Under the pieces are notes generated by a model. It worked only from the letters and a program-made list of their open reading frames with translations, had not been told where the DNA came from and did not search any database. From positions 2,596,479-2,660,478 of the forward strand of contig OZ251547.1 of NCBI GenBank assembly GCA_965243355.1: a DNA stretch of 64,000 nucleotides. The letters are read 5' to 3'. Of this stretch, positions 26,431-36,233 are shown piece after piece. Numbering within the stretch: the first letter of the stretch is position 1; every line of letters begins with the position of its first letter. The translations under genes and the position numbers were made by a program. The DNA is from Dehalococcoidia bacterium (GTDB lineage: Bacteria > Chloroflexota > Dehalococcoidia > Lucifugimonadales > JADFKI01).

Positions 26431-26457
26431 AAGCCCCCGGCATTCGCCGGAGGCTTT
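26431..26457 (-). terminator. Rho-independent terminator of gene 26478..26993
   Basis: On the minus strand this reads AAAGCCTCCGGCGAATGCCGGGGGCTTTTCGTTTCG: a GC stem followed by a T-rich tail, 21 nt after the stop. Confidence 0.65.
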
Positions 26458-26477
26458 AATCTCTGCGGATTAGATGC

Positions 26478-26993
26478 CTAAAAGGACATCAATCCAAGCC
26501 GCGCCGCGAGAACGGTCAACGAGACCGTAATGCCGGAGCCAATAATCGCCGCAAGCAACGTCATCAGCCAACCTTTGCGAGTGTCGGAGCGAGCGCGCTC
26601 CTCTTTGTACGCCGCGATGACATCGCCCTTGATGCCAATGCGAACCTCCATCAATTTATTTGACAGAGATTCAATCGCTTTCGCATTCGCGGCGATCGCA
26701 ATTTGATTGCCTTTCACAACCTCTGAAAGCGCCGCTATCGCCGCTAGATTAGCCGCAATGCCGTTGGCATTCTCGCCAATCATCTCAGACAGCCTCGTCT
26801 CCATGCGACCAATCCTATCGTTAGTAAGCCTATTGGCCTCGCGAAAATCAATCCGCAAGCTCTCAATCTGCTGGGCGATAATCCATCGCTCGCCAATAGG
26901 GAGCGTCTCGCCGCCAAGCTCATCCGGACTCATCGCCCGCATGCGCTCCGCCACGCTAACGCTCTCTTCCCGCCGTTCAGCCTCAGTAGTCAC
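26478..26993 (-). CDS. Hypothetical C-terminally membrane-anchored coiled-coil protein
   Basis: 171 aa with heptad-like IAANLAAIAAL/AIAANAKAIESL segments and one C-terminal TM helix. The locus looks more A/T-rich than its neighbours. Confidence 0.45.
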   Translation of the reverse strand: MTTEAERREESVSVAERMRAMSPDELGGETLPIGERWIIAQQIESLRIDFREANRLTNDRIGRMETRLSEMIGENANGIAANLAAIAALSEVVKGNQIAIAANAKAIESLSNKLMEVRIGIKGDVIAAYKEERARSDTRKGWLMTLLAAIIGSGITVSLTVLAARLGLMSF

Positions 26994-27240
26994 ATTCCAA
27001 TCCTTTCTTCATTATCAGCATTATGAACCTTTTCCCTACGCCTGTAAAGCGCGCGCCGGCCGCTAAAAGAACCGCATCGCCCTTGCCACAACCCGCGGCA
27101 TCCGCGGATATACTCAGCCGCCCAAACCAAAACGCCCCCCAACAATCCCGCGAATACTGACACGCAACCCCCCCATATGATAGCCTTAACCACCAACATC
27201 ACAGGCGCTACCCGCGCCCCAACGAAAGGCAACATCAGCC

Positions 27241-27609
27241 ATGACAATGGACAAATTCCAAACAGGCAACCGATTCCAACAAGAAATAGAAGTCGCGATG
27301 GAACACACCACCAACCGAATGGGCAAGCCCGGCGCCGACGTCCTGTCAACCCCCGCGCTGCTAGGCCTAATGGAGGGCGCCTGCATCCAGCAATCTCAGC
27401 CCTTTATGCCCGACGGCCACACCACAGTGGGCTACGCGGTTGACGGCTTGCGCCACCTAGCCCCCACGCCAATCGGCAACAAAGTCACCATCAGCGTTGA
27501 GCTCACCGAAATCGACCGCAACCGCCTCACCTACGCCATAGAGGCGCATGAGGGCGACAAGCGCGTAGCCGTAGCCACCCACAAGCGCGCCGTCATACCC
27601 GTACAATAG
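27241..27609 (+). CDS. Hotdog-fold thioesterase (fluoroacetyl-CoA thioesterase-like family)
   Basis: 122 aa. VLSTPALLGLMEGA...GHTTVGYAV.GLRHLAPTPIG..V pattern. Confidence 0.65.
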   Translation: MTMDKFQTGNRFQQEIEVAMEHTTNRMGKPGADVLSTPALLGLMEGACIQQSQPFMPDGHTTVGYAVDGLRHLAPTPIGNKVTISVELTEIDRNRLTYAIEAHEGDKRVAVATHKRAVIPVQ

Positions 27610-27658
27610 CCCGCCGCCGCTATCGCCGCCAACGCAACACACCCGCCGGAGTACGCCC

Positions 27659-27997
27659 TTGGACGCCGAACTAATCTGGAAATGGCTGGTCAGATCCCTG
27701 CTCGCGCTGCTGCTGCTGCTCGCCAACGCGCTGCTTGTCATCGCCATCCTGAACGCGCCCCGCATGTTCAGCGCCGCCGACGAGCTGCGCCAAACCGCCC
27801 GCTCGCTCCAGTACAACGCCAACGCGCTCGGCGACGCCGCCGACAGCGTCAGCAGCCAAGTCGGACACGCCCGCATCACCTTAGACCAAGCCGGCGAAGA
27901 CTTCACCCGCGCGTCACGCGCCCTAGAACGCGCCGGCGCCGACATCAAGCGCTTCGCCGACGGCATCGAAACCATTTCAAGCGCAGTCGGCAGATGA
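27659..27997 (+). CDS. Hypothetical membrane-anchored protein
   Basis: TTG start, an N-terminal TM helix (LLALLLLLANALLVIAIL), then a helical region. No recognisable motif. Confidence 0.35.
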   Translation: MDAELIWKWLVRSLLALLLLLANALLVIAILNAPRMFSAADELRQTARSLQYNANALGDAADSVSSQVGHARITLDQAGEDFTRASRALERAGADIKRFADGIETISSAVGR

Positions 27998-28040
27998 CCA
28001 TCCAAACCAAGCCCCCACAGCGCGGAGGCATATCAACCGA

Positions 28041-29252
28041 ATGAACCACAACCCCAACGCAGGCTTTCTTGACGGGCTAAAAGTCCTAGACCTCACCCGC
28101 TATGTCGCCGGCCCCTACGCCACCCGCCTTATGGCGACGCAGGGCGCGCAGGTCATCAAGATAGAGCGCCCCGCGCTCGGCGATCCCGCCCGCCGCATCG
28201 GCCCATTCCCCCACGACGAGCCGCATCCCGAAAAGAGCGCCCTATTCCTATACCTCAACGCATCCAAAAAATCGGTTACGCTTAACCTGAAACACTCCGC
28301 CGCCAAGCCCATACTGCGCCGCCTTGTGCAGTGGGCGGATGCGCTGGTGGAAAACTTCAGCCCCCGCGTTATGCCCGCGCTCGGACTTGACTACCCCAGC
28401 CTAGCCGCCATCAACCCCGGCTTGGTGATGACCTCCATATCCAACTTCGGGCAAACCGGCCCCTACCGCGACTACCGCGCGCGCGAAATCAACCTGTACG
28501 CGCTCGGCGGCTTGATGTACATCACCGGCGACCCCGACCGCGAACCCCTCGCTATGGCAGCCCGCCTAGCCCAGTACGGCGCAGGCCAAAACGCCTTCGT
28601 GGGCAGCCTTGCCGCCCTATGGCACAGAGATTCCACCGGCGAGGGCCAACACGTAGACGTCGCCATATCCGAATACCTAGCCACCATCCTGGAAAACGCG
28701 CTCAGCCAATTTAGCTACACCGGCAGCAACTTCCGGCGCACCGGCAATCGCGGCTACGGACGCGCCGCGTGGGGACCCTATCCCTGCGCCGACGGCTACG
28801 TCGGCGTCATCGCCGGCCCCGACCACAAGTGGCCCGCAATGGCTGAGCTGATGAACATCCCCGAACTCGCCCACCCGCGCTTTGCCGACCGCGCCGGCCG
28901 CGCCGCCAACGCCGACGAGCTTGACGCGCTAATGCTCCCCTGGCTAATGAAACACGGCCGCCACGAAATCTTCGAGCGCGCCCAGCGCCTAGGCCTAGCA
29001 TTCGCCTACGTCGCAACCCCCCAAGACATCCTATCCTGGCGCCACCTCCAAGCCCGCGACTTCTTCACCCACATAACCCACCCCGCCGCCGGCGATCTCA
29101 CATACCCCACAGGCCCCTACATCCCCAACAACGCAGCTTGGACGCTAACGCCCGCCCCCTTGCTCGGCGAACACAACGCCGCCATCTACACCGACCTGCT
29201 AGGCTACTCCAAATCCGACCTCGCGCGCTTGCGCCAATTGGGGGCAATTTAA
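28041..29252 (+). CDS. CoA transferase, family III (CaiB/BaiF)
   Basis: GLKVLDLTRYVAGPYATRLMATQGAQVIKIERP..GDP.R is the typical N-terminal signature. Confidence 0.85.
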   Translation: MNHNPNAGFLDGLKVLDLTRYVAGPYATRLMATQGAQVIKIERPALGDPARRIGPFPHDEPHPEKSALFLYLNASKKSVTLNLKHSAAKPILRRLVQWADALVENFSPRVMPALGLDYPSLAAINPGLVMTSISNFGQTGPYRDYRAREINLYALGGLMYITGDPDREPLAMAARLAQYGAGQNAFVGSLAALWHRDSTGEGQHVDVAISEYLATILENALSQFSYTGSNFRRTGNRGYGRAAWGPYPCADGYVGVIAGPDHKWPAMAELMNIPELAHPRFADRAGRAANADELDALMLPWLMKHGRHEIFERAQRLGLAFAYVATPQDILSWRHLQARDFFTHITHPAAGDLTYPTGPYIPNNAAWTLTPAPLLGEHNAAIYTDLLGYSKSDLARLRQLGAI

Positions 29253-29413
29253 GATGAACGCTATCCGGCGCGCGCTATCTTGCCCCTTAATAATGAGATA
29301 GGCTACCCGCGCGGCTACGTCAGCGCAGCGTGGCTATATCTCAGCATAAAAGAGATGCTACCCGCCCGCCTTTGCGTCAACGAAACAATGCTACCCACGC
29401 CGCTCGCCTTGCG

Positions 29414-30427
29414 CTATCGCAACGATGCACAAGCCACGCCGTCCCTATCCCCGTCCAACCGATGCCGATCCTTATCCGGCCCGCCCGCCGCCTCAAAGAA
29501 CGCCTGCGCCTCCGCCTGCGTATCAAAATCCCCGCAATCGCGGTCAGGCCCACGTGGATCATACCGCAACCCATCCGCTGCCGTCCCGCTACTGCCCCCG
29601 CCCGACGGCGTCTGCCCACCAGGCCCAGCCGGCGCCTGCGTCGGCGCAACCGGCAGCGCCACCCCCTCCACCCGCGTTATCTCTAAGATAACCGGCGCAT
29701 CGCACCCCGCCAGCATCTCGCGCAGCGCCTCCGCCTCTCGCGGCGTAACCGTCAGCCCCCACCGCTGCTTAATATCAACCCAATCGGCGGCGTATTGGCA
29801 ATGATATTCCTGACGCGGCGGCATCCAATCCTCCGGCCCCTTATCGCTCTTGGCGCGATTAGCCGCCGCCTTAACCGCAATCAGATGATTGCCGTGCGCC
29901 AGATAATTCGCGTACTCCCGCCTGCGCGCGTCATCCCACTGCCACGCGCCCGACCTATGCGCGTTGGCGAGCGGAACCATATGGTCAACATCCAAATCCC
30001 CCGGATCGCTAAACCGCTCGCCCGTATAAGCCCCAACCCAATCCCCGCTCGCCACGCGGCATTCATCCGCCCGCTCATACCGCACCGCCCCCACCGACTC
30101 CGCGACCAGTACTTCTTGTCTAGCGTCCTGGCAATCCCCGTCATCATCAACCCAATGCCGCCAATCCCCCCTGTCATACTTAGGCAGATTAGGCGGGATG
30201 GTAGCCACGCGAACAGCGAGATTGTTTGCGTTATCGGGCGCAGCCGACGTCGTCGTATGCGCCACCAACGGCAATGGCGACACCGGCAGCGGCGGATCCG
30301 TCGCCGCGCAACCCACTGCGCCAAGCCCAACCAGGCTAAGCGCGCATACCGCCACGACCGCGAGCGCTTTCACGCGCAATCGCCCAGCGCCGCTTGCCCT
30401 ACCGAAAAGAGCGGATATGATAGGCAT
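29414..30427 (-). CDS. Secreted HNH/DUF1524-type nuclease with C-terminal Excalibur Ca-binding domain
   Basis: Signal peptide/lipobox (LGAVGCA). DVDHMVPLANAHRSGA...HGNHLIAVKAAANRAKSDKGPEDWMP matches DUF1524/GmrSD C-terminal HNH. DRDCGDFDTQAEAQAFFEAAGGPDKDRHRLDGDRDGVACASL is Excalibur-like. Confidence 0.7.
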   Translation of the reverse strand: MPIISALFGRASGAGRLRVKALAVVAVCALSLVGLGAVGCAATDPPLPVSPLPLVAHTTTSAAPDNANNLAVRVATIPPNLPKYDRGDWRHWVDDDGDCQDARQEVLVAESVGAVRYERADECRVASGDWVGAYTGERFSDPGDLDVDHMVPLANAHRSGAWQWDDARRREYANYLAHGNHLIAVKAAANRAKSDKGPEDWMPPRQEYHCQYAADWVDIKQRWGLTVTPREAEALREMLAGCDAPVILEITRVEGVALPVAPTQAPAGPGGQTPSGGGSSGTAADGLRYDPRGPDRDCGDFDTQAEAQAFFEAAGGPDKDRHRLDGDRDGVACASLR

Positions 30428-30442
30428 CGCCGAACCGCCGCC

Positions 30443-31075
30443 CTAAATCATCCGCATTTGCTCAGCCCGCGTTTCATCCGCGGCCTGAGCGCCGTCGGCA
30501 ACCCCACCATCTGCATCCGCCAAGGCAATCACCTCCTCCACCATCACCGGCAGATTGCGAAAATCGCTCTCCAGCGCCGGCCGCAGGCGCGGGTTGTGCA
30601 GCGTAGCCGCCGGATGATACATCGGATATATCATCCGCCCGTTCCACATTCGCGGCTTGCCCCGCTCGCGGCTAATCGACCGCCCCGGAAAGAACTTGCC
30701 GAAAGAAAACCTGCCCAGCGTAACGATAACCTTAGGGTCGATAAGCGCGATCTGCTCATCCAGATAATCCGCGCAGGCGCTCATCTCGGCGGGCTGAGGG
30801 TCGCGATTGCTGGGCGGGCGGCACTTCACCATATTCGTGATATACACATCCTCGCGCCGCAGCCCGATGCCCGCCAGCAGATCCGTCAGCACGCCGCCCG
30901 CCGCGCCCACAAACGGCAAGCCCTGCTTGTCTTCGTTATAGCCCGGCGCCTCCCCGATGATCATAATATCCGCGTCCGCCGCCCCGCTGCCCGGCACCGT
31001 GCGCCCCCGCTGCTCCGCCAGCCCGCACCGCGTACAAGCCGCTACCCGCTCCGCAATCGCCTCTAATCCTGACAT
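30443..31075 (-). CDS. Uracil-DNA glycosylase, family 4
   Basis: CTRCGLAE.R...VPGSG..DADIMIIGEAPGYNEDKQGLPFVGAAG. Confidence 0.85.
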   Translation of the reverse strand: MSGLEAIAERVAACTRCGLAEQRGRTVPGSGAADADIMIIGEAPGYNEDKQGLPFVGAAGGVLTDLLAGIGLRREDVYITNMVKCRPPSNRDPQPAEMSACADYLDEQIALIDPKVIVTLGRFSFGKFFPGRSISRERGKPRMWNGRMIYPMYHPAATLHNPRLRPALESDFRNLPVMVEEVIALADADGGVADGAQAADETRAEQMRMI

Positions 31076-31353
31076 CTATCGCGCCCCCTACCTGTATCGC
31101 CTATCGCCCACGCCGCGCATCCGCGGCTTAAAGTCTATCGCAACCAGCGTAACTATCCCCAACCCGTATAAGCAAGGCAGATAAAGTTGTCAGTTCCAAG
31201 TTTTCACTACCCGCAACCATCCGATAAACTTGTTGAACCCGCGTCCTCTTATCTCATAACTGACAACCGCGCCGCGCGTTGTTATACTTGTATAAGCATT
31301 TGTTAATTCCAAACGCTAATTACGGGAAAGACGCAGGGAAGAAGAGGTGAGAC

Positions 31354-32211
31354 ATGACACGACTCGCAGGCATATTCGGCTACCCGCTGGCGCATTCGCT
31401 ATCGCCCGCGTTCCAGCAGGCGGCATTCAACCACTACGGCATGGACGCGCGCTATCTCGCGTGGGAAACGCCCCCGGACGCGCTGGAGGCTGAGGTCGCC
31501 AAGCTGCGCGGCGGCGATTTCATAGGCGCGAACGTCACCATCCCCCACAAGCGCCGCGTAATGGACTTCCTAGACGAAATCGACCCGCTGGCGCAAGCGA
31601 TAGGTGCTGTCAACACAATCGTCAAGAGCGAGGGCAAGCTCATAGGGCGCAACACAGACGCGCAGGGCTTTCTGCGCCCGCTGAAAGAGGACGCCGGCTT
31701 TGACCCTGAGGGCAAGCGGGCGCTGCTGTTGGGCGCGGGCGGCGCGGCGCGAGCGGCGGCATTCGCGCTATGCCAAGAGCGCGTGGCCACGCTCGCCATA
31801 GCCAACCGAACCCCGCAGCGCGCCGAGGCGCTCGCCGCCGAACTGCGCGGCAACGCCGCCACCACGCTATCCGCCCTATCCCTCGCAGACCCCGCCCTAG
31901 AAGACATCGCCCTCCAGTCCGACCTAATCGTCAACTCCACCTCAGTCGGAATGAGACACGGCGACGCCGAAGGCCAAACCCCCCTCTCCGGCGGCGCGAT
32001 CCCCCACGACGCCGTAGTTCTGGACATGGTCTACAACCCGCAGCACACCCCCCTGCTCGCCGCCGCCCGCAGCGCCGGCGCTCGCGCGGTCGGGGGCATG
32101 CCCATGCTCATCTACCAGGGCGCCGCCGCCTTCGAGATGTGGACCGCCAAGCCCGCGCCGGTGGAGGCGATGTTCGCGGCGGGCAACGTGGCGCTGATGC
32201 GGATGGGGTGA
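31354..32211 (+). CDS. aroE: Shikimate dehydrogenase
   Basis: GYPLAHSLSPAFQQAAF, GANVTIPHK, GAVNT, LLGAGGAARA. Confidence 0.9.
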   Translation: MTRLAGIFGYPLAHSLSPAFQQAAFNHYGMDARYLAWETPPDALEAEVAKLRGGDFIGANVTIPHKRRVMDFLDEIDPLAQAIGAVNTIVKSEGKLIGRNTDAQGFLRPLKEDAGFDPEGKRALLLGAGGAARAAAFALCQERVATLAIANRTPQRAEALAAELRGNAATTLSALSLADPALEDIALQSDLIVNSTSVGMRHGDAEGQTPLSGGAIPHDAVVLDMVYNPQHTPLLAAARSAGARAVGGMPMLIYQGAAAFEMWTAKPAPVEAMFAAGNVALMRMG

Positions 32212-32405
32212 GGAGCGATGGCGCGCCCGCTATTAGCATACTTGCGCGGCGCGGCAGGAAAACATCAAGGCGCCGAGCGCTACAATCGCCCGACGCCCTT
32301 CTGTCGTAGAATACTCTTCTCTCCATCTACCAGCAGATGGTCTATATGATAGCGCCCACCACGCCCCCACGCAACACCAACCCGCACGGACAGACTAACC
32401 TTGTC

Positions 32406-32882
32406 CTAACCCCGCCGCGTTGTGCGCCCCAGCCCAAAGCCGCCCGCAAAGCCCAGCAAAGCAACTAGGACAGTGGTCAGCATTTCGCGGTCATTCGTAA
32501 CCGAGAAGAAGACCAAAAGACCAATCGCGGCAATAAGCCCAATCACGAAATACAGAAAGCGATACCTTCGCTCGGACGCCTCCGACGTGTGCGCCCGCTC
32601 GCTGTCCCTCTCTGAGTTAGCGATTAGTTGCCCAATATGCTCAGAAGTAACCCGTTGCTGTATTGGATTAGGACGGGGGATGCTTATCGATGTGAACCTC
32701 GCAATAAAATTGGCGACAACATCACCATTTGCAGAGTCGTGCGATTCCAGCGATATGCCCTCCCCATCTATAAGTTCTGCCAATGCGTCATCTTCGGCAG
32801 ATGCCGCCCCCTGTGAATCTGACGCTGATCGCGCGATTTCTTCTTCACGCGCGTCCTTGGGAGTATCGTCTGATGCGCTCAA
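32406..32882 (-). CDS. Hypothetical membrane protein (DUF2335-like architecture)
   Basis: Acidic N-terminal region, a helical middle and two C-terminal TM helices. Composition looks lower in GC than the flanks. Weak call. Confidence 0.35.
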   Translation of the reverse strand: MSASDDTPKDAREEEIARSASDSQGAASAEDDALAELIDGEGISLESHDSANGDVVANFIARFTSISIPRPNPIQQRVTSEHIGQLIANSERDSERAHTSEASERRYRFLYFVIGLIAAIGLLVFFSVTNDREMLTTVLVALLGFAGGFGLGRTTRRG

Positions 32883-32899
32883 TTTCTTGCCCGCCTTCT

Positions 32900-33169
32900 T
32901 TAACTACGCTTTGCCCCGCTCACCGCGTCAATGAGCATCCGCTCAAGCTCATCCGAGTATTCGTCAACCATCGAATTGATCTCGCTTGCAACGAACATTC
33001 CCAGATACGCGGACAATATCACATCCGCGTTTTTCTGCGACATCTTGCCTTGTTTAAGCAGATCAACAACCTGCTTCACATCCCCGTCAAAATCTTCCTT
33101 TGCATAGCCCCCGCTATGCTTGCTCGCCGCCGCCTTGGTTGAGCGCGGATCTCTTCTGTCAGTCAGCAT
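32900..33169 (-). CDS. Hypothetical small protein
   Basis: 89-aa ORF co-oriented with and 17 nt upstream of 32406..32882. No recognisable motif. Confidence 0.35.
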   Translation of the reverse strand: MLTDRRDPRSTKAAASKHSGGYAKEDFDGDVKQVVDLLKQGKMSQKNADVILSAYLGMFVASEINSMVDEYSDELERMLIDAVSGAKRS

Positions 33170-33375
33170 ATCCTAATCCCCGCCTTTGGTTCTTTGCGTA
33201 TTAACCGCGATTATAACCGCTTACCCCCAGTATATCAAACTTGCCCCTATGCGCTATGATTATGCGGTATCATAACAAACGCAATCTAACTTCGGCGCAA
33301 ACCGCAAACCAAGCGCAAATACATCTCATTACAGCATCACACCAACCCCAACCCCCAGCGAGGCATCTCCCCCCA

Positions 33376-35136
33376 ATGAAACCCAACATCTTCCTAACCG
33401 GATTCTCAGGCGCCGGCAAAACCACCGTCGGCCGCGAGGCCGCCCGCCTGCTCGGCTGGCGGTTCGTCGACCTGGACGAGCGCATAGAGTCCGCCGCCGA
33501 AATGCCCATTGACGCCATCTTCGCCCAGTATGGCGAGCCGCGATTTCGGGCTATGGAAACCCAAGCGCTGCTCGACGCATGCCAGGGCGAGCGGCAGGTC
33601 GTGTCAACCGGCGGCGGCATTATTACGGCGGACGCCAACCGCGAGGCTATGGCGGCAAATGGCGCGGTGGTCTGCCTTGAGGCGGCGCCCGAAACGATAT
33701 ATGAGCGCGTGCGGGCGCAGAGCGAGGGTGATGAGGCGCTCGTCCGCCCTATGCTCGCCCACTCCGACCCGATGCGGCGCATCCGCGTGTTGAAAGCCCA
33801 GCGCCAATTCCACTATACTCTTGCCCACTGGACGGTTCACACCGACCGCCTATCCCCCGCGCAGGCGGCGCGCGAAGTCGTCCGCGCTTTTGACATACTT
33901 AACGATGACGGCGATACCGACGAAATATGCTACCGGGCGTATCCCAAATGGATGGAGGCGAGAGCGCAAGAAATGGCTAATTCCAACGGCGACCAAGCCA
34001 CCAATGCAACGGCGCAACAGCCCGCCAACGACCAGCCCTACGCCGCCGACCTCGCCGCGACCGTCCGCACATCTCAGGGCGACTATCCCGTATGGGTCGG
34101 ATGGGGCATCCTGGACGAGCTGGGCGAGCGCGTCAAGTCCGTCTTAGATGCGTCAGTGGCTTATGTCATCACCGACGAGGGCGTCCAATCACAGGCGCGC
34201 CGCGCGCAGTTCGCGCTGGAATCCGCCGGCATCGCCGCCCATATGTTCATTATGCCCGCCGGCGAAACGCACAAGACGCTGGAAACCGCCCAGTTCATCT
34301 ATCGCTGGCTGGCGGAGCGCAAGGCGGAGCGCGGCCATCTCGTTGTCGCGGTGGGCGGCGGCGTTGTGGGCGACCTAGCGGGCTTTGCCGCCGCAACCTA
34401 TCTGCGCGGCATGCCCCTTGCCCAAATCCCAACCAGCCTGCTCGCTATGATGGACGCATCCATCGGCGGCAAAGTCGCCGTGGATCTGCCGCAGGGCAAG
34501 AACCTAGTTGGCGCTTTCTACCAGCCCAAATTCGTGCTTGCCGATGTCAGCGCGCTCCAAACGCTGCCCCCCCGCGAGCTCACATCCGGCTGGGCGGAGG
34601 CTATCAAGCACGGCCTAATCATGGACGCCGACCTGCTCGCCGACTTCGAGCGCCGCAGCCAGCCCATACTCGCGCTTGAGCGGGACATCGCCACGAACAT
34701 CATCCGCCGCAGCGTGGCGGTCAAGGCGAACGTGGTATCCCAAGACGAGCGCGAAACGCTCGGCATACGCATCCTGCTGAACTATGGCCACACAATCGGC
34801 CACGCCATAGAATCGTCCACCGGCTACTCCCGCCTGCTGCACGGCGAGGCGGTCAGCATCGGCATGATGGGCGCGGCGTACATCGGCGAATCGCTCGGCA
34901 TGCTATCCCCCGCCGAAGTGGATCGCCAGCGCGGATTGCTCGCCGAATACGGCTTGCCCCTGTCGTTCCCCGATATGGATATTCCCGCCGTCAACGCCGC
35001 TATGCTGTCCGACAAGAAAACCGCCGGACGATCCATCCGCTGGGTGATGCTTGACGGCATTAGCAACGCCGTAACCCGCAGCGATATTCCCACAAACCTT
35101 GTGCAGGACGCGCTAAACCGACTGGCGGCGGAATAG
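33376..35136 (+). CDS. aroKB: Bifunctional shikimate kinase / 3-dehydroquinate synthase
   Basis: I place the start at the internal ATG 33376. The AroK part has IFLTGFSGAGKTTVGR and DLD. After a ~90-aa linker comes the AroB part: GGGVVGDLAGFAAATYLRG, GGKVAVDL, NYGHTIGHAIE, HGEAVSIGM. Confidence 0.85.
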   Translation: MKPNIFLTGFSGAGKTTVGREAARLLGWRFVDLDERIESAAEMPIDAIFAQYGEPRFRAMETQALLDACQGERQVVSTGGGIITADANREAMAANGAVVCLEAAPETIYERVRAQSEGDEALVRPMLAHSDPMRRIRVLKAQRQFHYTLAHWTVHTDRLSPAQAAREVVRAFDILNDDGDTDEICYRAYPKWMEARAQEMANSNGDQATNATAQQPANDQPYAADLAATVRTSQGDYPVWVGWGILDELGERVKSVLDASVAYVITDEGVQSQARRAQFALESAGIAAHMFIMPAGETHKTLETAQFIYRWLAERKAERGHLVVAVGGGVVGDLAGFAAATYLRGMPLAQIPTSLLAMMDASIGGKVAVDLPQGKNLVGAFYQPKFVLADVSALQTLPPRELTSGWAEAIKHGLIMDADLLADFERRSQPILALERDIATNIIRRSVAVKANVVSQDERETLGIRILLNYGHTIGHAIESSTGYSRLLHGEAVSIGMMGAAYIGESLGMLSPAEVDRQRGLLAEYGLPLSFPDMDIPAVNAAMLSDKKTAGRSIRWVMLDGISNAVTRSDIPTNLVQDALNRLAAE

Positions 35137-36045
35137 ATGCCGGGCGCGGACTGGCTGCCCGAAAGCGCGCTGTCGGCACTGGACTGGGCGCAGATCCTAG
35201 AGTGGCTGACATTCGCCCTTATGGGCTTAGCCACGGGCGTGTTCGGCGTGCTTGTGGGCGCGGGCGGCGGCTTTATCCTAGTCCCCGTCCTGCGGATATT
35301 CTTTGACAAAGATCCCATCATAGTGGCGGGAACCGTGCTTGCGCTCGTAGCCGTCAACAGCATATCGGGCGCATTCGCCTACCGCTGGATGCGCGTGGTG
35401 GATAGGCGCAGCGCATACCTATTCGCCGCCGCCGCCATACCCGGCTCGGTGATAGCGCCCTTTGCCCTCAAAGAGATCCTCGCCGGCCTGCCCGGCATCT
35501 TTGACGCGCTGTTCGGCTTGCTGCTGCTCGCGCTCGCCGCCCGCATAGCCGCGCAGCCGTTTGAGCGCCGCCGCGCGTCCTCGGTAGCCCGCGCCCGCCA
35601 CCTGCATTTCGTTACCCCGCGCTGGCTGCATCGCCGCCGCATCACCACCGAGAGCGGCGAGACCCACCGCTACCGCTTTCACGAGGCTTACGCCGTCGCC
35701 GTCAACTTCGTACTCGGATTCATATCCAGTTTCTTCGGCGTGGGCGGCGGCTTTCTGCGAACCCCCATACTCGTCTATGTATTCGGCTTTCCCGTGCAGG
35801 TAGCGGTCGCCACATCCATATTCGCGCTGTCCTTTTACACAACCGCCGGCGCCGCCGCCCACTTCTACCTCGGCAATATAGAATGGTTCCCCACATTCGT
35901 GTTCACCGGCATAGGGCTAGTCGTGGGCGGGCAAATCGGCGCGCGCCTATCCGCCAAAGTCCGCAGCGTCTGGATAATCCGCCTGCTTATGCTGCTTATC
36001 CTAGCGATGGGCGTCCAACTCATAATGCAAGGCATCCGCGGCTAA
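35137..36045 (+). CDS. TauE/SafE-family sulfite/anion exporter membrane protein
   Basis: About 8 TM helices, with GVLVGAGGGFILVPVL and FFGVGGGFLRTPIL repeats. Confidence 0.7.
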   Translation: MPGADWLPESALSALDWAQILEWLTFALMGLATGVFGVLVGAGGGFILVPVLRIFFDKDPIIVAGTVLALVAVNSISGAFAYRWMRVVDRRSAYLFAAAAIPGSVIAPFALKEILAGLPGIFDALFGLLLLALAARIAAQPFERRRASSVARARHLHFVTPRWLHRRRITTESGETHRYRFHEAYAVAVNFVLGFISSFFGVGGGFLRTPILVYVFGFPVQVAVATSIFALSFYTTAGAAAHFYLGNIEWFPTFVFTGIGLVVGGQIGARLSAKVRSVWIIRLLMLLILAMGVQLIMQGIRG

Positions 36046-36140
36046 CCCCCGGATAAACCCATCCGCGCAGCCGCAAATTGATTTCTTACAAATAACAATC
36101 CGATAAACCCGCTTGAACCCACCCACTCAAAAGTTTTTTG

Positions 36141-36164
36141 GCTACTTTTTTCTAAAAAAGTAGC
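36141..36164. terminator. A/T-rich perfect palindrome (bidirectional terminator-like)
   Basis: GCTACTTTTTT-CT-AAAAAAGTAGC, between the TauE-family gene and tgt. Confidence 0.5.
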
Positions 36165-36233
36165 ATCCCCGCTTTCCCCAAATATGCGATATGCTACAAC
36201 AACCCGACGCCAACATCCCGAAAGCCCTCTATC

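Noticed and set aside
26990-27349. 119-aa minus-strand ORF between the coiled-coil gene and the thioesterase gene.
   Set aside because: It overlaps the start of the thioesterase gene, has a Cys/Gly/Arg/Trp-rich composition, and shows no RBS.
31186-31267. 10-bp inverted repeat GTTGTCAGTT / AACTGACAAC flanking about 62 nt upstream of aroE (possible RNA element or MITE).
   Set aside because: The arms are short and I could find no flanking target duplication or conserved riboswitch motif. The right arm overlaps a plausible CTGACA-17-TATACT promoter for aroE.
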